Made by a program: the position numbers and the translations under genes. The notes under the pieces were generated by a model. It saw only the letters and a list, made by a program, of their open reading frames with translations, was not told where the DNA came from and did not search any database. DNA of 52,134 nt, taken from contig JANRLW010000106.1 in the NCBI GenBank assembly GCA_033762295.1, positions 1 through 52,134 on the forward strand, written 5' to 3'. Each line of letters begins with the position of its first letter. Positions within the stretch are counted from its first letter, which is position 1. The stretch is from Capsulimonadales bacterium (lineage in GTDB: Bacteria > Armatimonadota > Armatimonadia > Armatimonadales > Armatimonadaceae). Positions 50,542-52,134 of the stretch are shown here, piece by piece.

Positions 50542-51560
50542 CTCCCGAACTGGGCATCGACCTTGGCACGGCCAATATCCTGGTGTACAAGCGCGGCCAG
50601 GGGATCGTGCTCCGGGAACCATCGGTCGTCGCGATCGACAAGTACACGAAGAAGGTAAAGGCGGTCGGCGAGGAGGCCCGCCTGATGCTCGGTCGGACGC
50701 CGGGCAATATTGTTGCCATCCGCCCGATGAGTGACGGCGTCATCGCCGACTACACCACCACGGAAAAGATGCTGGGGCATCTGATCGCCAAGGTATCCGG
50801 CCCCTGGCGTCATGTGATGGCGTTCAAACCCCGTGTCCTGGTCTGCGTTCCGTCGGGCGTCACCTCGGTCGAGAAGCGCGCCGTCCTCCAGGCGGCGGTG
50901 GCGGCGGGGGCGGGCGAAGCGGCGACGATCGAGGAGACGATGGCCGCCGCGATCGGCGCCGGTCTGCCGATCGCGACACCGGGCGGCAATATGGTGGTGG
51001 ATATCGGCGGGGGAACGACCGATATCGCCGTCATCTCCCTCGGCGGTATCGTTATCTCGCGCAGCCTGCGCGTCGGCGGCAACAAGATCGACGAGGTGAT
51101 CGTCCGTCATATCCGGAACGCTTACAACCTGATGATCGGCGACCGGACGGCGGAGGAGATCAAGATCAAGATCGGTTCCGCCTATCCGCTGGAGCAGGAG
51201 ATGCGTCTGGACGTACGCGGACGCGACCTCCTGGCCGGACTGCCGAAAACGGTCGTGGTTACCAGCGAGGAGATCCGCGAAGCCCTCGCCGAACCGGTCT
51301 CCAACATCGTGGACAAGGTCAAGGGCGTTCTCGAACAGACCCCGCCCGAACTGTCGTCGGACATCATCGAACGGGGCATCACCCTGACCGGCGGTGGAGC
51401 GATGCTGCGCGGTTTCGACCGTCTGCTGTCGCTGGCGACGGGGATTCCGGTCAAGGTGGCGGACAATCCGCTCGACTGCGTCGTCATCGGCACCGGCCGC
51501 GCGCTGGAGGAGTTCCGGGCCATCCGCCAGAGCGACAACCTGACCGTCTCCTACACCTGA
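50526..51560 (+). CDS. mreB: Second MreB paralog (Mbl-like)
   Basis: [23 protein letters not shown]; follows murA. Confidence 0.93.
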   Translation: MLPRVTPELGIDLGTANILVYKRGQGIVLREPSVVAIDKYTKKVKAVGEEARLMLGRTPGNIVAIRPMSDGVIADYTTTEKMLGHLIAKVSGPWRHVMAFKPRVLVCVPSGVTSVEKRAVLQAAVAAGAGEAATIEETMAAAIGAGLPIATPGGNMVVDIGGGTTDIAVISLGGIVISRSLRVGGNKIDEVIVRHIRNAYNLMIGDRTAEEIKIKIGSAYPLEQEMRLDVRGRDLLAGLPKTVVVTSEEIREALAEPVSNIVDKVKGVLEQTPPELSSDIIERGITLTGGGAMLRGFDRLLSLATGIPVKVADNPLDCVVIGTGRALEEFRAIRQSDNLTVSYT

Positions 51561-51758
51561 TCGGCTACCGGGAGGGAAACCCGGCGATAGATTCGCGTCA
51601 GCGGAACGGCGACGGTGCGGTCGCCGAGGCGCCGTGTCAGGGAATCGTTGAGATCGGTGTGCAGGCCCACCATCGCCACCTCCACCTCCTCCCCATTAAT
51701 TAAGTTCGTATTGCCGCAACGCCGTCCTGACGAAGTCAAGATACTCCGCCTCCGCCAT
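51551..51758 (-). pseudogene. Uma2-family endonuclease remnant (frameshift plus internal deletion)
   Basis: MAEAEYLDFVRTALRQYEL, +1 shift to INGEEVEVAMVG, joined to C-terminal-like LNDSL...VPLTRIYRRV. Confidence 0.55.
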
Positions 51759-51966
51759 CCTCCCGGAAGTCGGGGGGGAGGGAAAAGTTCCCCTGTCTGC
51801 CCTGCTCCTTCAGGCGGGGGCGGGACGGTCGGAATGTACGGCGTCACCGGGGAATGTGGGGTACAATTTTGTTGCCGCGCTCGTTTTCGGAGGGCTTTGT
51901 TGTTTCCGAACGCAGGGATTCCGTCGAAGACAACGGAGCGGCATCGTGAGGAGGTACGGGAACGCC

Positions 51967-52134
51967 GTGTGGCAGCGATTTACCGAACGAGCCCGCCGCG
52001 TGGTCTTTTTCGCACAGGAAGAGGCCGGCAGGCTGGGCGAGAACTACGTATCGACGGAACACCTGCTCCTGGGACTGGTTCGAGAGAATGACAGCGTGGC
52101 GGCACGGATTCTCGACCGGCTCGGGGTAAGCCTG
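51967..52134 (+). CDS. clpC: Clp ATPase ClpC, N-terminal part (runs off window)
   Basis: GTG start after GAGGAGG; MWQRFTERARRVVFFAQEEA...STEHLLLGL Clp-N repeat. Confidence 0.85.
   Translation, partial: MWQRFTERARRVVFFAQEEAGRLGENYVSTEHLLLGLVRENDSVAARILDRLGVSL

Overview
GC-rich bacterial chromosome segment, probably Armatimonadota. This is inferred from five prepilin/H-X9-DG (DUF1559) genes and a ClpC starting MWQRFTERARRVVFFAQEEA. About 50 CDSs. Housekeeping genes: mreBCD, putA, recF, ppc, moeB/Z, murA with a second mreB, and the clpC start. The rest are accessory modules. No rRNA, tRNA, CRISPR array or integrase is visible. Most notable: (1) A duplicated module in a metal-handling cluster: a seven-Cys membrane-anchored leader ORF ending PPR-x(1-2)-S-stop, followed by a DUF1559 pilin-like gene. 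The leader's last codons base-pair with the next gene's Shine-Dalgarno, suggesting a metal-sensing ribosome-stalling switch. (2) DUF1559 genes paired with nutrient-specific partners (phosphatase with Pho-like box, metal genes, modA). (3) A ~7 kb insert flanked by a 118-bp direct repeat that grafts the nrtR promoter, operator and first 15 codons onto a Cds1-like PLP enzyme. (4) A candidate sRNA with an anti-SD seed, downstream of four 11-bp-periodic Pho-like boxes. (5) An NrtR/ADP-ribosylhydrolase/ART-like cluster, frequent leaderless genes, and a collapsed Uma2 pseudogene. All family assignments come from motif recognition by eye; no searches were run.
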